Shown: piece by piece, positions 7,251-15,975 of the stretch
Layout: each line of letters opens with the position of its first letter
Position numbering within the stretch: position 1 is the first letter of the stretch
Origin: Methanothrix sp.
GTDB lineage: Archaea > Halobacteriota > Methanosarcinia > Methanotrichales > Methanotrichaceae
DNA: 16,252 bases
Direction: 5' to 3'
Assembly: GCA_037128175.1 (NCBI GenBank)
Contig: JBAXWY010000054.1
Location: 1-16,252 of the forward strand
The notes under the pieces: model-generated
The model's input: only the letters and a program-made list of their open reading frames with translations
The model's database searches: none
What the model was told of the DNA's origin: nothing
Program-made: the position numbers and the translations under genes

Positions 7251-8564
7251 TCAGCCGATCCGAAATTTGGCCTGGAAAAAATTAGCCAGGAAGATGCGAA
7301 AGCCTTCATCTTTTATGGAGAGAAGCTCCAGGCCCGCATATATATTGTGCCCATCGCGAATGGACGCGGACAGATGCTTGCCCAGGGAGAGGTTTGCGAT
7401 CTCCTCTGCCAGAAGATCACGAGCAGAAGTATACTGGCGCGCCTCCTCCACAATGACTTTGCCGTTGGCGATGTAGGGGCCGGAGAGGGGCCGCTGGTGG
7501 GCTGCCAGGAAGCGAGATAGGTGATCAGCTTCCCAAGCAGGCGGGCCTATGCGCGGGCAGGCTTTAGAGAGCTGCCAGACCTGCATCTCAAAGAGCATCA
7601 GAGCTCTGTCGCGATAGGTCGAAACGTCGCTGCGCAGCAGGGAAAAGCCGTTTCTTTCTATTAGCGCCTTAATGGAGCCTTCCGCTTTGCGAAGTTGGGG
7701 ATAGAGAACATCTTCCACCACATCGGGCGCAGCAAACTCAAGGAGGATGGGCATCGTCCCCCGCGCATTTATCTGGGCAATTAGCTCTTCATCGGATAGG
7801 GGGTCCAACGATGCTGGGAAGAAGAAATCAAGCTTCGGTTCAGCCAGAAAGGAGCGCGCCGCCCCGGCGAACAGGAGCATCTTGTCTAAAGTTAAAGCGG
7901 CCGCCACATTTCTGCCCGGATCAACCGGATCGACCATGATCAAGGGCTCGCTATGCCTCGCTATGCCGTGCCCTTCCAGGTCCAGGTGCTGGCCGGGGCG
8001 CCAGGCGTTTGCTGCCTGGAGCACGCCGGCAAAAGAGCCGTAACAGAGCACGAGCAGCTCTGCCAGGTAGCCGGAAAAGCCGCCTACCCGGAGCTCCGAG
8101 CCGTAGACATTTACGCCCTTCATGAACTGCTTTAGGAGAAGGACATCGTCCTCCCGACCAATGATTCTGCTGCCCACGTATTTGGTATGAAAGGGAGTAC
8201 GATCCACGGCCGACAAAAGACGGGCGGCATCCTCCACCAGATAGCAGGGAACCAGATCGACCTCAAAGCCATCCATCCGGGCGTGGACGTAAGCATGCTC
8301 CGCATATTTCTCCTCATGATCGGGAGCTATGAGCCTGGCGATCTCCAGGGCCGCTCCCAGATCGCACCCCGGAGGCACCCCTAAAAATATGTCCAGATCA
8401 TGATCTTCGGAAAGCCAGGTGCCTCGGGCGGCAGAGCCCACCAGCATGGCCTTGAGAGAGAGGCCGCGCTCTCTTGCCAGATCCTCTATGCGGGCGATAA
8501 TGGAGGCAGAGGTCTCCATAATTCGCTTCCTGCTGGTGGCACTGGGCCTGACCTTGCCAAGCAC
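7251..8564 (-). CDS. cca: CCA-adding enzyme (archaeal class I tRNA nucleotidyltransferase)
   Basis: LVGSAARGTWLSEDHDLDIF, YAEHAYV, VDLVPCY, SAVDRTPFH, GGFSGYLAELL, DPVDPGRNVAAAL. Start uncertain: GTG 8564 chosen; the ORF-track TTG 8708 lies deep inside thpR. Confidence 0.93.
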   Translation of the reverse strand: MLGKVRPSATSRKRIMETSASIIARIEDLARERGLSLKAMLVGSAARGTWLSEDHDLDIFLGVPPGCDLGAALEIARLIAPDHEEKYAEHAYVHARMDGFEVDLVPCYLVEDAARLLSAVDRTPFHTKYVGSRIIGREDDVLLLKQFMKGVNVYGSELRVGGFSGYLAELLVLCYGSFAGVLQAANAWRPGQHLDLEGHGIARHSEPLIMVDPVDPGRNVAAALTLDKMLLFAGAARSFLAEPKLDFFFPASLDPLSDEELIAQINARGTMPILLEFAAPDVVEDVLYPQLRKAEGSIKALIERNGFSLLRSDVSTYRDRALMLFEMQVWQLSKACPRIGPPAWEADHLSRFLAAHQRPLSGPYIANGKVIVEEARQYTSARDLLAEEIANLSLGKHLSASIRDGHNIYAGLELLSIKDEGFRIFLANFFQAKFRIG

Positions 8565-8577
8565 CTCTTCCTGAATT

Positions 8578-9114
8578 TCAGAGAGGGAATCCTGCCAGGT
8601 CTTCGTAGATCGGCCCTCCCGGTGTGAGTGTGCTCTTCTTAAGATAAAATCGGTCCACAGTGAAGCTGCCCAGGTCCAGGGCAGCGAAGCTTGCGATTCT
8701 GTCGCCAAGCCGGCGATTCATCTCTGCATCGGGGCGAGCCACCCGGCCAAGAGTGGCATGGGGGGAGAAGCCCCTTGCATCAGGCGCAAAGCCCAGAGGT
8801 TGCAAGGCTTGCTCCACATTCAGATAAAGCTCCTGGAAATTTCCCGTGAGGCCCAGCCACACCACGCGCACAGCCCGTCCGGGAAAGGCGCCCATGCCCA
8901 AAACCCGGACCGGGAAAGGCGCGAACTTAACCCTGCCCAGCGCCTCAGTCACGGGTCCCACATTTCCCTCCGGCACATCTCCCAGGAACTTTATGGTGAC
9001 ATGCACCAATTCCGGTTTCACGAGCCGCAGGCCATCCGTCGCGATGCGGCTTTGCAGGCGTCCAATCTCCTCGCGCATGGGGCTAGAAAGCTCTACTGCC
9101 ACAAAGCATCTCAT
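8578..9114 (-). CDS. thpR: RNA 2',3'-cyclic phosphodiesterase (2H phosphoesterase, LigT/ThpR)
   Basis: MRCFVAV start, two HxT motifs ([15 protein letters not shown]), [18 protein letters not shown] overlap with the ilvD stop. Confidence 0.93.
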   Translation of the reverse strand: MRCFVAVELSSPMREEIGRLQSRIATDGLRLVKPELVHVTIKFLGDVPEGNVGPVTEALGRVKFAPFPVRVLGMGAFPGRAVRVVWLGLTGNFQELYLNVEQALQPLGFAPDARGFSPHATLGRVARPDAEMNRRLGDRIASFAALDLGSFTVDRFYLKKSTLTPGGPIYEDLAGFPL

Positions 9115-10757
9115 CTAAGGACACTGCCTTTGCTGGCGGAGGTGACCGAGTTTCTGTAGCGGGCCAAAATGCCGCTCGTTATCTTGGGCTCGGGCGCCGT
9201 CCATGACTTTCTGCGTATTTCCATTTCACCTGGATCGACGAGCAGATCGATTTTTCGGGCCGGGATGTCTATTGAGATCATGTCCCCATTCTTTACAAGG
9301 GCAATGGGCCCACCCACGGCAGCCTCGGGAGAGACGTGTCCGATGCATGGGCCGCGGGTTCCTCCGCTAAAGCGCCCATCGGTGATGAGCGCCACAGACT
9401 CAGAGAGGCCCGCCCCCGCGATGGCGGACGTAGGCGCGAGCGTCTCCCTCATGCCCGGCCCGCCTTTGGGCCCTTCGTATCTTATTATTACTACATCGCC
9501 GGCCTTTACGCCGCCTTCCATGATGCCTGCCATGGACTCCTCCTCAGAGTCGTAGACCACAGCCGGGCCGGTATGCTTGAGCATGGATGCGGATACCGCC
9601 GTCTGCTTGACCACGGCCCCCTCCGGTGCCAGGTTGCCGAACATTATGGCAATGCCGCCTTGAACGTGCACAGGTGCCTCCAGTGTGGCTATGACGGCGG
9701 CATTGGTCAGGGGATTGACGGGCTTGAATGCATCCAGGTTCTCGCGAAGTATCTTGCCCGTGACAGTTAGAGCGTCGAGCGAGAGCAGTGAGGCAAGCCT
9801 GCTCATGATCGCGGGAATTCCGCCCGCTCTATCCAGGTCGAGAATATGATGAGGCCCGCCTGGGCGCAGGTTGACCAGATGGGGCGTCTCGCGACTTAAT
9901 TGGTCGAAGCGGTCCAAATTCAGATCCAGGCCGAACTCTGCCGCTATGGCCATTATGTGCAAAACGGTATTGGTAGATCCACCTATGGCCATGTCCACGC
10001 GAATGGCGTTGTCGATCGCCGCAGCCGTCACTATTTGTCGGGCCGTAATTCCCCGCTCCACCAATTCCATGATCTTCATGCCCGAAAGCTTGGCCTGGCG
10101 CATCTTTCGCGCATCCACGGCGTGAGTGGTGGCGCAGCCGGGCAGGCTCAAACCCATGGCTTCGGTGAGGCAGGCCATGGTATTGGCCGTAAAAAGGCCG
10201 GCACACGATCCGGCTCCGGGGCAGGCCATCTCCTCCAGAACGTCCAGCGTCTCGCCTCCCGCCTGCCAGCCCTCAAAAACGTTGATCAGATCCAGCTCTT
10301 TGTCGCAGGCAAAGCCGGGCATCATGGGCCCGCCCGTGACCACGATGGTGGGCAGGTTCAGTCTTCCTGCTGCCATGATATGGCCGGGGACGATCTTGTC
10401 GCAGGACGGTATCATAACCAATCCGTCCAGCTGATGGGCCTCTGCCATGATCTCGATGGAGTCTTCGATCAGCTCGCGACTGGGCAGCGAGTATCTCATG
10501 CCTTTATGACCCATGGCTATGCCGTCGCAGACACCAATGGTCTGGAATTCAAAGGGCACGCCTCCTGCGGAGAGTATGCCTGCTTTTACGGCCTCGCCCA
10601 GCTTATCGAGATGGATATGCCCTGGGATAAAATCATTAAAAGAGTTGACAACTCCAATGAAGGGACGACGGATCTCTTCATCACATAGGCCGGTGGCCTT
10701 TAAAAGAGCCCTATGAGGTGCTCTTTCTCTGCCTACTTTGGTGACATCGCTCCTCAT
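9111..10757 (-). CDS. ilvD: Dihydroxy-acid dehydratase
   Basis: [85 protein letters not shown] upstream. Confidence 0.97.
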   Translation of the reverse strand: MRSDVTKVGRERAPHRALLKATGLCDEEIRRPFIGVVNSFNDFIPGHIHLDKLGEAVKAGILSAGGVPFEFQTIGVCDGIAMGHKGMRYSLPSRELIEDSIEIMAEAHQLDGLVMIPSCDKIVPGHIMAAGRLNLPTIVVTGGPMMPGFACDKELDLINVFEGWQAGGETLDVLEEMACPGAGSCAGLFTANTMACLTEAMGLSLPGCATTHAVDARKMRQAKLSGMKIMELVERGITARQIVTAAAIDNAIRVDMAIGGSTNTVLHIMAIAAEFGLDLNLDRFDQLSRETPHLVNLRPGGPHHILDLDRAGGIPAIMSRLASLLSLDALTVTGKILRENLDAFKPVNPLTNAAVIATLEAPVHVQGGIAIMFGNLAPEGAVVKQTAVSASMLKHTGPAVVYDSEEESMAGIMEGGVKAGDVVIIRYEGPKGGPGMRETLAPTSAIAGAGLSESVALITDGRFSGGTRGPCIGHVSPEAAVGGPIALVKNGDMISIDIPARKIDLLVDPGEMEIRRKSWTAPEPKITSGILARYRNSVTSASKGSVLR

Positions 10758-10880
10758 TTAAAAAACCTCAATCGCAGCCTTTGCTGCTTTTCCGTTTAAG
10801 TAGTTGCTTACATCTAAAAAAACCATGCCGTCCTACAAGTTAAATAGCACAAAATACTAGCCGCCAGAGGTGGACAATCC

Positions 10881-12776
10881 TTGGATGCTTATTCGTTATT
10901 CCTGATATTCCTCGCCATCTACATTGCGGTCTTGCTGGGCATCGGTCTATATTTTTCCGGTCGACAAAAGTCTGTAACCGACTTCTGGCTGGCGGGAAGG
11001 GAGCTGGGGCCGATCACCATCGGATTTTCCGCGGCATCATCGTGGATCACGGCTAGTGCACTGCTCCTGGCCACGGGGCTATTTCTGCTCATAGGCGTAG
11101 GCTCGATCTGGATCTGGGTCTTCCCCAATATCGCCGGGCTGATAATAATTGCCGCGATCTCGGGAAGGATCAAGAACATTCCTGCCTTAACCCAGCCCGA
11201 ACTCATGGAGATAAGATACGATCCCATGATCAGAGCCCCGGTGGCCCTGGCCGTCACTATTATGATGATACTCTTCTCAGTTACGGATTTCATCGGATTC
11301 AAGCTGGTGCTGGGCACATTTTTCGGCATCGATCCCTTCTATGCCGTGGTCCTCATGGCCGTATCCGTAGCTCTTTATGTCAGCGTGGGCGGCTTTCGCG
11401 CCGTGGTCTGGACCGATATCTTGCAGTACCTGCTTCTGGCAGGTCTTGCCATTTACGTGGCCGCATTAGCCCTGGATCTTTCTGCCGGCAAGGGCGTCAC
11501 TTTGCTTGTCGCAGCGTCCGCTCTGGGCACAGAATGGTGGGATCCGCTCCTCCTGGGCGGTCTGATGGGGGCCCTGGTCTTTTTAGTCGCCCTCTTGCCC
11601 GGCTGGGTGGCGGAACAGGATCCCTGGCAGAAGATCTGGGCGGCGCGCGATGGGTCCTCCGCGAGGCGCGGCCTGTTGCTGGGCAGCGCCCTGCTGGCCC
11701 TGGTCTACCTCTGCTGCTTTCTCACGGCCATCGGCCTTTCCACGCTCTATCCCCGGCCGACTGGAGAGGTAGAAGCGGAGATGCTCTACCTCAAGCTCAT
11801 CAGCGATAACGTTCCCGGATGGCTCCTGGCCCTTCTCACCATCGGCTTTGCCGCAGCATCCATGTCCTGTACCGACACCTTTGCCACATCGGCAGCTTCC
11901 TGCATCTCTCGCGACCTGATCCAGCGGCACCTGCGGCCCGCCGCCACCATGAAGGAGATGCTGGTTATCAACCGGATATTGGTTATCATCATGATCGCTA
12001 TCGCGGCAGCAATCGCGCTCTATGCGAACAGTATCGTGGACGCCGTGATCATAGCCACGGTGATAGGCACCACATCCTACTTCTTTCCCATCATCGGTGG
12101 ACTGTACTGGAAGCGCGCCACCCGGTGGGGGGCCATGGCGGCGCTAATAGTAGGCGGCGGAACGCAGATCCTTCTCATCTCCTACGAGCAGTTCTGGCTG
12201 AAACAGCCGCTGGAAAGCATCTCACCCTATCTGACTGAGCATGGAGTGCTGGTCGGCCTGACCTTAAGCGCCCTATTCTTTGTCGGCGTCTCATTGGCTA
12301 CAAGGCCAGAGCCGGACATTCGTTTAGCAGTCTTCTTTCCCGACATCGCAGAGAGGGTCTTTTGTCGCGATCTACCCCGAGTTGACAGAAAGAGCGTGCG
12401 CTACATGGAGATTGCTTCACTCATAGAAGAGAAGACTGTGGGTGAACGATCTCACCTCAACTTAGCTATCGGACACTGCGCGGCAGGCGAGGGCGGGCAA
12501 GGGGACCGACAAGAATTGCTGCCCTGGGAGCGTTTTGTGGTGGCGCTCACACAGATGTATCCCCTCTGGTTTACGCCTACGGGAAGCCACATCGTCTACC
12601 GTCTCTCCCAGGCGGATATGCTGGCCTGCGTCAAGATGGTGCCCGGCGACCGGAGCCATATCTGGCTATCTGCCGAGCCCCGGCGCGAGCAGGCGGAGAG
12701 GCTGAAAGATGAGCTCTTTTTGGCGTATGGGGAGATAGAAGAGGCTCTGGCGGGTTTTAGCATGAAGGTAAGATGA
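10881..12776 (+). CDS. Sodium:solute symporter (SSS/SLC5) family transporter with a soluble C-terminal extension
   Basis: DFWLAGRELG, SAASSWITA, GGFRAVVWTDILQ, QKIWAA, AASMSCTD, about 13-14 hydrophobic segments. TTG start after SD GAGGTG. Confidence 0.9.
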   Translation: MDAYSLFLIFLAIYIAVLLGIGLYFSGRQKSVTDFWLAGRELGPITIGFSAASSWITASALLLATGLFLLIGVGSIWIWVFPNIAGLIIIAAISGRIKNIPALTQPELMEIRYDPMIRAPVALAVTIMMILFSVTDFIGFKLVLGTFFGIDPFYAVVLMAVSVALYVSVGGFRAVVWTDILQYLLLAGLAIYVAALALDLSAGKGVTLLVAASALGTEWWDPLLLGGLMGALVFLVALLPGWVAEQDPWQKIWAARDGSSARRGLLLGSALLALVYLCCFLTAIGLSTLYPRPTGEVEAEMLYLKLISDNVPGWLLALLTIGFAAASMSCTDTFATSAASCISRDLIQRHLRPAATMKEMLVINRILVIIMIAIAAAIALYANSIVDAVIIATVIGTTSYFFPIIGGLYWKRATRWGAMAALIVGGGTQILLISYEQFWLKQPLESISPYLTEHGVLVGLTLSALFFVGVSLATRPEPDIRLAVFFPDIAERVFCRDLPRVDRKSVRYMEIASLIEEKTVGERSHLNLAIGHCAAGEGGQGDRQELLPWERFVVALTQMYPLWFTPTGSHIVYRLSQADMLACVKMVPGDRSHIWLSAEPRREQAERLKDELFLAYGEIEEALAGFSMKVR

Positions 12777-13936
12777 AAGAAGATATTATGGTGGTCGTGG
12801 TGGGGGCTGGGCCGGCGGGCAGCTCTGCCGCTGAGGCCGTCGCTGCTTCAGGTGGGGAGGTTTTGCTAATTGACAAGAAGAGCGAGATTGGCAGCCCCGT
12901 GCAATGCGGCGGTTTTCTCCCCGAGGCTGTCGAGCTGGAGAAGCTCATGCCCCGCGCCCACCTGCCGGAGGCGCTAAGGGAGATTCCAGAGCGCATTATT
13001 TTGCATCGCACCCATTTGCAGCGCATCTATTCACCCTCGGGAAACTACAAGCAATTTGCCGTAGCCGGGCGGGTCTTGGACCGACGGGCATACGATCGCT
13101 ACCTCGCTGCCCGGGCGGCAGGCGCCGGAGCAAGAGTTCTTCCTGCGACGCGCGCCCGCCTTGAGGAAGGCATAGTGCAGCTTTCCGGCCACTTCAACGG
13201 GAAAATCAGGCCAGAGATAATAATAGGCGCAGACGGCCCGCACTCGATAGTATCCCTAGCCATGGGAAATCCGATACAAGAGACTGGCATCTGCCTGGAA
13301 TATGAGATGGCAGGTGTGAATATCGATCCGGATGCCGCGGAGATGTATTTCTCTGCTCAATATGCGCCGGGAGGCTATGCCTGGATAATCCCCCTCGGCC
13401 AGGATATGGCCAATGTGGGCGTGGGAGTGCGGGCATCTTACCTGGCCGGCCAAAAGCTTCCCCTTATACTGGATCGGTTCATTCGCGAGCACACAATCGC
13501 GGCAGAAAAACTGGCGGGCGGAGAGGTCCTGGCCGTCATGAGGGGTTTGGTGCCCGCGGGCGGGACCCTTGGTGCTATCCAAAAAGGCAACATGCTTTTG
13601 GCGGGAGACGCAGCCGGACATGTCATGGCTACCAGCGGGGGTGGCATACCTTTGGCTGTGGTGGCGGGAAGGATTGCAGGGGAAGCGGCAATAGGACAGT
13701 TGCAGGGCAAAATGGCTCTCACCAACTATGCGTCGCGCATTCGCGAAGATTTCGGAATTGAGCTCTCGCGATCGGTTCAGATCAGAAAGATGGTGGATAT
13801 GGCCATGAAGAGCGACCGGCTCATGAATGCCCTCTTTGCTGCTCTCAGTCCGGCACAGATGAAATCTGTAATGCGTGCTCAGATCCCGGTGCCGCTCGCA
13901 TCTCGCGCCTGGGGTCCGGGAAGGATAAAACAATAA
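12773..13936 (+). CDS. Geranylgeranyl reductase-family flavoprotein (DGGR-like)
   Basis: VVVGAGPAGS, PVQCGG, LDRRAYD, IGADG, APGGYAWIIP, GDAAG..SGGGI. ATGA overlap with the SSS gene. Confidence 0.88.
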   Translation: MKEDIMVVVVGAGPAGSSAAEAVAASGGEVLLIDKKSEIGSPVQCGGFLPEAVELEKLMPRAHLPEALREIPERIILHRTHLQRIYSPSGNYKQFAVAGRVLDRRAYDRYLAARAAGAGARVLPATRARLEEGIVQLSGHFNGKIRPEIIIGADGPHSIVSLAMGNPIQETGICLEYEMAGVNIDPDAAEMYFSAQYAPGGYAWIIPLGQDMANVGVGVRASYLAGQKLPLILDRFIREHTIAAEKLAGGEVLAVMRGLVPAGGTLGAIQKGNMLLAGDAAGHVMATSGGGIPLAVVAGRIAGEAAIGQLQGKMALTNYASRIREDFGIELSRSVQIRKMVDMAMKSDRLMNALFAALSPAQMKSVMRAQIPVPLASRAWGPGRIKQ

Positions 13937-13985
13937 CAAAAGAGATTATAGCGGAAGGATGGACCGCCCATCCGACCGAATGCTA
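13937..13985 (-). terminator. Hairpin between the convergent GGR and rps6e genes; probable rps6e terminator
   Basis: GGATGG-ACCGC-CCATCC (13957-13973). On the minus strand it is followed by CTCTTTTGTTATTGTTTT. Confidence 0.5.
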
Positions 13986-13989
13986 CGAA

Positions 13990-14388
13990 TTATGCTTTTT
14001 CTTCTTTGGGCGCCTTGCCCAGCAGTTCTTCTATGGACTTGGTGCCTGCCTCCACGACTTTGACATTTATCTGGCCAATATCGGGAGAAATATCCCTTCC
14101 ATGAATGCTCATTCTCTTCTTCTTTCCATCGGCTACGGGATGATATCCGGTTCCCTTGGAGAGCAGGATTTTTCTGCGCTTTGTGCCGGGCAGATCTGCC
14201 CGCATGGGAAATCCCTCGCGATCGCTGCCGCCCGTGACCTGTACCGAGTAGCCGGGCATGCCGAGAACATCTCCTTCAACCTTGTCGCCGATATGTTTTC
14301 CCAGAAGCTTGCCGGCTCCTGGATCCTTAAGCTCTACCTGATAGGCCTTACCGCTCTTCGGATCTGAGACTACGACTCTAAAATCCAT
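13990..14388 (-). CDS. rps6e: 30S ribosomal protein S6e
   Basis: FRVVVSDPKSGKAYQ, ITGG-like VTGGSDREGFPMRADLPG, RMSIHG, QINVKV; 132 aa. TATA-like TTTTATAG at 14441-14448. Confidence 0.96.
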   Translation of the reverse strand: MDFRVVVSDPKSGKAYQVELKDPGAGKLLGKHIGDKVEGDVLGMPGYSVQVTGGSDREGFPMRADLPGTKRRKILLSKGTGYHPVADGKKKRMSIHGRDISPDIGQINVKVVEAGTKSIEELLGKAPKEEKA

Positions 14389-14473
14389 CTTTCTTCCTCA
14401 TCAAATGTAAACGTAACTATGGTGTCTTGAGATCTATGCTCTATAAAACCTTATCTTGCCGAAGGTGGCCCAA

Positions 14474-15466
14474 TCATTTCAGCTCATGGGTCTTCGAGTA
14501 GTCCACCAGAATGGATATGGGCGCCGTCTTGATCTTTACTCCCAGCTCCTCGGCGGCCACCACCCCATTGACTCCGGCATAAAAGGCTATGCCGATCTTG
14601 CCCGCGCCCACCGGGCAGCCAAGTATCGGCTCGGAAGGCTCTCCAATTTTTATGAGCCCGCCCAGGCCCGCGTTTTGCGCCTCATCTAAAAGTGCGCGCA
14701 CCAGCGTTGCCGCCGCGACGGGCACCTCTCTCACATTGGCCAGCACGGTTCCAAAACCGTTGAAGACGGCATCAGCAACACTTGTCACCCTGCGGCCCAT
14801 AAAAACCTTAATGGGATCAAGGGACGAGCCGGCATAGGCAATGAGGTCCGTGAAGTTGAAGGTCTGCCTTTCCCTGACTTCTGCCAGCCCCGCGAAGCTG
14901 GTGAGAACAGGAATTCCCCTTTTCATGAGCATGCCGTCCAGGGTGATGCTGCACAGCGTTGCTATTCCCAAAGCTCCTTTTGGAATCTCAAGATTTGAGA
15001 AGCTTTCTCCTTCATCCAGGATGAGCACGCGACGGCTTATGGTGTAGCCCGCCTCGAATGCTTGTCCCAGTATCTCGAAGACCTCTTCCGCATTTGCTTT
15101 GTCGATGATGCTGGTATTGGCGATTACATCTCCGTTACCGGTCTTTGGATCGAAACTGGTCTTGAACATGTACTCTTCAATCCTGGTATTGACAAAGCCG
15201 ATCCGGTCGTCGACCAGGGCATCGACCAGCTCCCTTGATCCCAGTGGTGTGAGCACCCGGCCGCTGTAGCCTTTCTTCTTGGTGAATCCCAGCTCGTCCA
15301 GGATCTTGAGGTTGTAGCGCACAGCCCTCTCTCCCAGGTCATAGCCGCGACTGCTAAGGCAATCAGAGATCGCTCTGGCACCAATCGGAGTACCTGTGTT
15401 TTCGATTACGCGCAGGATCTCAATTAGCCTTCTCTGGCTCATATGCGCCTTGGTGAGAAGCTTCAT
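14474..15466 (-). CDS. nrpR: NrpR-family nitrogen regulator, NrpRI type (wHTH plus one NRD/DUF128 domain; 330 aa)
   Basis: IEILRVI..PIGARAIS..GYDLGERAVRYNLKILDELGFT..GR.LT.LG..EL, TLCSITLDG, F.DLIAYAGSSLDP, ANVREVP, GVNGVVAAEE. Start moved to ATG 15466, which follows SD GGAGGTG. Confidence 0.9.
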   Translation of the reverse strand: MKLLTKAHMSQRRLIEILRVIENTGTPIGARAISDCLSSRGYDLGERAVRYNLKILDELGFTKKKGYSGRVLTPLGSRELVDALVDDRIGFVNTRIEEYMFKTSFDPKTGNGDVIANTSIIDKANAEEVFEILGQAFEAGYTISRRVLILDEGESFSNLEIPKGALGIATLCSITLDGMLMKRGIPVLTSFAGLAEVRERQTFNFTDLIAYAGSSLDPIKVFMGRRVTSVADAVFNGFGTVLANVREVPVAAATLVRALLDEAQNAGLGGLIKIGEPSEPILGCPVGAGKIGIAFYAGVNGVVAAEELGVKIKTAPISILVDYSKTHELK

Positions 15467-15483
15467 CTTCCTTGCACCTCCGG

Positions 15484-15505
15484 GAAAGGCCATATATATC
15501 TTATG
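15484..15505. promoter_or_regulatory. Symmetric ATATATAT box, candidate promoter for nrpR (-) and possibly tRNA-Gln (+)
   Basis: GAAAGGCC-ATATATAT-CTTATG (box at 15492-15499) in the 84-bp divergent gap. Confidence 0.5.
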
Positions 15506-15550
15506 CGGATAACACTTGCCCGGCATAAGAGCCGGAAAAGATCAAATCAT

Positions 15551-15623
15551 AGTCCCGTGGGGTAGCGGTCAATCCTGAGGGCCTTTGGAGCCCGCGACGG
15601 CGGTTCGAATCCGCCCGGGACTA
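15551..15623 (+). tRNA. tRNA-Gln(TTG), no intron, CCA not encoded
   Basis: Acceptor stem AGTCCCG/CGGGACT with discriminator A (A1-U72 is typical of archaeal tRNA-Gln); anticodon loop CT-TTG-GA; T arm GGCGG-TTCGAAT-CCGCC. Confidence 0.95.
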
Positions 15624-15721
15624 CTTCCAACCTTAAACCATTGGAAACGTAGATATATCCGTTCATATCTATGTGGTGAAGGCCAGTCCATGTTTAGGCC
15701 TGGTATCAAGACGGCAAAACT

Positions 15722-15796
15722 GCTCCGGTAGTGTAGCCCGGCCAATCATTTCGGCCTTTCAAGCCGAAGACTCGGGTTCAAATCCCGGCCGGAGCA
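15722..15796 (+). tRNA. tRNA-Glu(TTC), no intron, CCA not encoded
   Basis: Acceptor stem GCTCCGG/CCGGAGC with discriminator A; anticodon arm TCGGC-CTTTCAA-GCCGA; T arm TCGGG-TTCAAAT-CCCGG; T-tracts downstream. Confidence 0.96.
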
Positions 15797-15942
15797 TTTT
15801 ATAGCTAACATTTTTGGTTGATTTTTGCCCCTTGTGAAGATAAGAGTATTTCCGCGCGAAAACCATTCTTGACTAGTTTATGCCGCCGTTTTTGCATTCA
15901 TTAATGAAATAGGTCTTTAGGTATTGATTTTCCCCAAAACTC

Positions 15943-15958
15943 CCGACATATTTATATT
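15943..15958 (+). promoter_or_regulatory. Putative BRE/TATA promoter of the downstream secreted-protein gene
   Basis: CCGACATA-TTTATATT, box at 15951-15958; predicted TSS near 15980. Confidence 0.65.
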
Positions 15959-15975
15959 CCATAAGCCGGAAGGTT

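Noticed and set aside
9169-13939. Numerous overlapping alternative ORFs within ilvD, the SSS gene and the GGR gene
   Set aside because: GC-rich shadow frames overlapping well-supported genes, with no motifs.
15467-15526. 20-aa N-terminal extension of NrpR
   Set aside because: It overlaps the TATA box and SD; ATG 15466 has a strong GGAGGTG SD.
15843-15853. AGAGTATTTCC, also present at 5680-5690
   Set aside because: Isolated 11-mer matches are expected by chance in 16 kb, and the orientation relative to the genes differs.
15625-15971. NrpR operators (TTCCAA-N10-TTGGAA at 15625-15646; TTCC-N7-GGAA at 15957-15971)
   Set aside because: Half-site order and spacing do not match the known GGAA-N6-TTCC operator.
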